From NCBI RefSeq assembly GCF_947568905.1, contig NC_079166.1, positions 96,906,001-96,970,000 of the forward strand: a stretch of DNA of 64,000 nt. The letters run 5' to 3'. Shown here piece by piece: positions 59,208-64,000 of the stretch; within the stretch, counting starts at the first letter, position 1, and every line of letters starts with the position of its first letter. Under the pieces are notes generated by a model that did not search any database, was not told the DNA's origin, and was given only the letters and a program-made list of their open reading frames with translations. The position numbers were made by a program, and so were the translations under genes. The DNA comes from Ostrea edulis (taxonomy: Eukaryota).

Positions 59208-62200
59208 ATGGCGGCTGGAGGCATGGCGGTAAATTCGGGTAAATTTTTTCTCTCTCGCCGAAACAGTTATATTTACTACAAATATTGATAAATTTATTGA
59301 TTCATGTGTAGCTGTTGGTTCTAAGTTAACCAGCAAAGATTAACAGTTATCGCTTGGGTTTCTCATAAGAAATTCCTCGATACTTTAGCACTCCCCAAGC
59401 ACTTGCGTTTTGAATTTTGAACGCAGTCCACCAATTTGTCGATGACAGATTTGAAGATAAAAGATGGCAAAGTATTTTCTACTCTTTATTGTCTGTTACT
59501 TAAAATTGAGATACAGCGAGTCATAATTGTTTTGCCTATCATTTTTTTAAAAGACGGGTCCCGGGTATTTCAGTTCTTGTATTTGATCTCAGCAGCGTCA
59601 GACTGTAGGAAGTATGCCCCCCACCCCAAATGATGATATTAATGGTAATAAAGAACTAGGACTTTAAGACTAGTTAGAGGTAAAATATCCGTTTCTAATC
59701 CAAGTAAAATTTTACACGACCAATATTTAAGCATTACTTTTTAAGTGCTACCTCAAACTAGAGAAAGTGAAACAATATTTCCAATCAAAAGTTAAACACT
59801 GTTCTCCCAATGTTTGGGCTATACTAGGGTTAAAAGTGGTCATGAGTCGGACACCCTTCTCTTTCCTTTTCACATTTTTTCCAGTCGTTTCTTCGAGCTG
59901 GTATTTAGTCTAGCCTGTAAGAGCTCGAAATTATCTTATTTAATATTTTTTCTTGGATCGCCCCTGTAATTTACATCATAATACATTCAGATGCGATAAA
60001 CTCCCAATATGGAATTCGTTCGTAAGTCGGACACCTTTGATATTGAGTTGGACACTCATATTTATTATGAATTATTCAGGCTGGTGACTTTAATATTGCA
60101 GGTATTCTACTGATAACTATTTTATAATTTACTTTTTGTGAATTTCCATTAAAATCATAACACAGGAAGGTACAGTGTACAGTACTTTATTAAAAAAATC
60201 TAATCATGAATTATTTAAAATCAGGGGTAATAAATCAAATTGTAGCAACTGATCGCACGTAGAAACAGGAGGGAGGGGGGGGGGGGGGCTTTTTTAACAA
60301 CATTCATTTCCTGTCATTTCTACTTGTAAAGTTAGTTTATATTTTCAATCACATACAAAGTAAAATATATTTTTACAGTAAATGTGGGCCTTATATATTC
60401 TCAAAACAGTTTGTGGACTGACTACCCACTTGGCAACCATAAAATTCTCATTTCAATTTTTTCCCATTTTAGTTCCAAGTCTTATTTAGTCGCAGTAAGA
60501 CGCTGTTAGGAATCTAACTAGGCTATTACACAGGCACTAACTATTACCTTCAGTATCTAACATGTCACAAATTTTATTGGCTAGGAATATTAGGTTTGTG
60601 GCTTTTTTCCAGAATGTAAGTTATTCATATCCAGAGGTTGTATATTCCAGAACAAGTGCATTGACATTTTTTCCCCCATTAATCATGAGGTAACATAGAA
60701 ATAAAAATTAAATGTCGATTTTAATTGTAATTTTGTTGCCCAAGGCCAAGGTTACTTATTTGCAATCTAGTCTACCTGAAATCTAGTCTACCTGAGCCCA
60801 GTAGCACAAAGACGAGCCCAGTATCACAAAGACGAGTCCAGTTTAACTGACAGTTAGCGTCTAGTCTACCTGAGCCCAGTAGCACAAAGACGAGTCCAGT
60901 TTAACTGACAGTTAGCGTCTAGTCTACCTGAGCCCAGTAGCACAAAGACGAGTCCAGTTTAACTGACAGTTAGCGTCTAGTCTACCTGAGCCCAGTAGCA
61001 CAAAGACGAGTCCAGTTTAACTGACAGTTAGCGTCTAGTCTACCTGAGCCCAGTAGCACAAAGACGAGTCCAGTTTAACTGACAGTTAGCGTCTAGTCTA
61101 CCTGAGCCCAGTAGCACAAAGACGAGTCCAGTTTAACTGACAGTTAGCGTCTAGTCTACCTGAGCCCAGTAGCACAAAGACGAGTCCAGTTTAACTGACA
61201 GTTAGCGTCTAGTTAACACTATGTAAATGTAAGAGTTAATAGGAAGTTAACTCTGTTAAAGTTAATTAACCCTCGTGCAACTGTGTCCAGGTCATTTATT
61301 GTCCTTAAAAAAACCCAACCCAGTCTACAATTGCATTATTATACTGTACAAAGTTCTGGACAGTGTTTTACTTTGTCATGGCATTTCAATCAACAGCTCC
61401 TACAACAGTATTATTATTATTTTATTCATTTATAAAGCACAAAATTACATATAGTTTCTATGCGCTGTGCAATGCTTGTGCTAATAATCAATGATAATAT
61501 ATCAATAAAAGACCTGCAAGAGCTATAAAGGAAATGATAAAACAATAGAAAGAATTGAGATAAAACATGGTAGTATCATGCCTGCCATATATTTACAGGT
61601 CATCAATAGTTGTCAATCCCAATCACAGGCTGTGTCAACAACTATATCAGTCATTATTTGTATAAGTCAACCCACTGATTGTTGATTTGAACATATTCAA
61701 TACTTCCTATACAAATTTTACAAGTTAATTTATTTGAACAAATTTTATTGTATTCCGTTTATATTATTCAAATGGTTTGAACACAAGTTTTTTCAACTTA
61801 CGGAGTTCTCATCTTAAATACAACTCGTTTGGTGTGATCAGATAAATACGATGTGTGTTTGAATAGGTCACTCTACAGCTCAGTTAGAACGTGAGTCCGG
61901 TATAGCAGGTATTATGGAAGCCAGTTAATTTTAATATGATGTATGTGCTGTTGGTGTATTTATAAGGCGTTTGGGATTGGTTTGTGTTTAATAAAAACGT
62001 TCTAACGAGCAGCATTCCAAACATGGTGTTTCATATTTATACATACAAATTCAGAGTATAATTAATTTATATTCGGACGAACAAAAGTGAGGGAGAGAAT
62101 TTTTGTTTTGTAGAGGTGCGGCTTTGGGGGCTGTATAAAGAACTGGAACAGAATTAAATGAGAATTTTTGTTTTGTAGAGGCCCGGCTTTGGGGGCCGTA

Positions 62201-63601
62201 TAAAGAACTGGAGCAAACCGTGCAGGCAGCCGTGTTCAGAAAACTCCCAGATGCCATACATGATTTGGAAATAGCCCTCAAGAAACACAAACCAGACTTC
62301 ATTGCCTTGTTGAAGAATCCAGTAGGTTTTATGTTTGTAAACTAATAAACTAAATGTTTGTCTTACATGTTACATAGCCTTGTTAAAGAATCCAGTAGGT
62401 TCTATAAACTAATCAAGTAAATGTTGGTCTTCGATATGTTAAAGAATTCTTTTTAAAGATGACGATAATGATTTGAATGTGTTTGAAACAAAGCAACTAG
62501 ATGTACCTGAATTGCTATGTTTTTCGTACTAAGTTTATTTTTCCGGAAGTTAGCTGATATTTGGTGTTGTACGTGTTCGTAATCGTTTAGAATTGTACAG
62601 TCGCTACTGTGTCACGATACAGGGCTTTCAATATAAAGATAGAATTGTACACAGATTGAGACTGTGTACAGTCGCTACTGTGTCACGATACAGGGCTTTC
62701 AGTATAAAGATAGAATTGTACACAGATTGAGACTGTGTACAGTCGCTACTGTGTCACGATACAGGGCTTTCAATATAAAGATAGAATTGTACACAGATTG
62801 AGACTGTGTACAGTCGCTACTGTGTCACGATACAGGGCTTTCAATATAAAGATAGAGATAAAGTGGAGGACATGAAATTGAATACAACTATCAAAGGGTG
62901 GAGCGTAATGTCCGAGACACTTCATCACCTGCAGTGATTTTTCTATATTTTTTACAAGGGTCCTGTGGCTTTTGAATTGGGAAAAATTGTCGACATTTCA
63001 GTCAAATTGGGAAAAAATCAGTTTTATCGTAAATAAGTTTTAAAATCATATCAAATATTATATCATCTTTATTTTACACATCTTATTTTCTTTAACCTTC
63101 TAAAATTTTCAACCATTCTATCCAAATAATCATTCCCATAACTCTTTAAGTCTTATGTATATAATTCACATCGAATGTTTATTTTTTTTTCAAATACGTT
63201 TTTCTTTCATAACTTTATCATTGGGAAAAATGCAAGCTAAATTGGTTGGGAAAAAAATAGCAATTTTTAAGCGGGGAAAAGGCCGAAATTCGGACCCAAA
63301 ATGGGCCTTAAAAAATCACTGACCTGTCAGATCTTATTGAAAGCTGTGGGTTACTGATATAAAAGAACTGATTGACTTGAGTAATGGTATTGTCTGATGC
63401 TGTATTTAAATCAACATACTGTATTGCAGCCCAAAAATGCCACGTACAGAACAGCCGTTCGTGGGGCCACAAAGAACGGACTACCAGTTATGGGGGACCA
63501 GTCCAAACAAACTTTCTCGCAGCAGTTCATTGAGGAGGCTCTCATTCTGAGTGACCTGTTTGACATGAGTGAGATTGCAGCTGTAGAACTCTTAATGGCA
63601 G
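59208..63601 (+). CDS. NUP205: Nucleoporin 205, first three coding exons (continues beyond the window)
   Basis: Exons 59208-59238, 62179-62321 and 63430-63601; phases 1,0,1. MAAGGMAVNS|EARLWGPYKEL..LKKHKPDFIALLKNP|PKN..FIEEALILSDLFDMSEIAAVELLMAG matches my recollection of the human NUP205 N-terminus. A YY1-type AAGATGGCGG overlaps the ATG. Confidence 0.94.
60775..61215. repeat. 58-bp minisatellite x~7, near-identical copies
   Basis: ctagtctacc at 60861, 60919 and onward; in NUP205 intron 1. Confidence 0.97.
62590..62858. repeat. 71-bp tandem repeat x3-4
   Basis: agaattgtac at 62641 and 62712, continuing in register; in NUP205 intron 2. Confidence 0.95.
62932..63321. mobile_element. MITE, CAGTGATTTT TIRs, 5-bp TSD (hAT5-like)
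   Basis: TSD ACCTG at 62927-62931 and 63322-63326. Confidence 0.8.
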
Positions 63602-64000
63602 GTGAGTCTTGCAGTTGGAATCGCTGTGAGGGAAACTGAGGGAATCACAGCATTTATTACAAGTTTCCAATTTTATAATTCTTGGGATGCACATGCATCT
63701 AGTAACATTTTTGGTCGGAGTGTTTAAGTCTGCCATTATTATTTCTAAATACGCGGCTGAGTTAAGGCTTTCCCCATAAATTCCAGTGCTGTAAAAAAAT
63801 TGTACTTTACTGCACTGGCACATTACGTCACAATGAAAAATACGTCATGATGAAGGTCATGACGCACATATCTACAGTCCTTTTGCGGTTGGAACTGTCG
63901 AAATATTTTTTCGTTATTTACCACCGCTGTCAAACAATAAACCGCAATCGTGTAAAAGTTTCTGTCAAATGGGGTATATTAATTCTCTTTGATATTGAAA

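Noticed and set aside
59229-59244. Two GTAAAT donors 10 nt apart in NUP205 exon 1
   Set aside because: The first lies in the conserved AVNS codons and is out of phase, so it is likely coincidental.

Overview
AT-rich, repeat-dense eukaryotic genomic DNA from a bivalve mollusc, most likely an oyster (inferred from Pearl/HINE-type repeats and mollusc-type IAP and B-box/NHL genes). Five host genes could be reconstructed by hand with GT-AG introns and consistent phases: a long BIR-BIR-RING IAP (+, 22025-28590), BORCS5 (-, 32414-30388), ALKBH3 (+, 35274-43249, head-to-head with BORCS5), a single-coding-exon B-box/B-box/NHL TRIM-like gene (-, 53636-52200) and the first three exons of NUP205 (+, from 59208, running off the window). 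The rest is a decayed P-superfamily (THAP) transposase with a convergent second ORF, about 13 terminal fragments and one RT fragment of a Penelope-like retroelement, many MITEs with readable target-site duplications, and about 15 minisatellites. The strongest hidden signals are (1) a ~350-nt dispersed and tandem repeat carrying a minimal type I hammerhead ribozyme (retrozyme-like, three loci, one intact core), (2) tandem duplications centred on real splice sites in three different genes, and (3) tRNA-containing LTR-like units with a tRNA-His primer-binding site. No CRISPR, rRNA or intact tRNA gene was seen. All calls were made by eye without database searches; repeat boundaries without a TSD are approximate.
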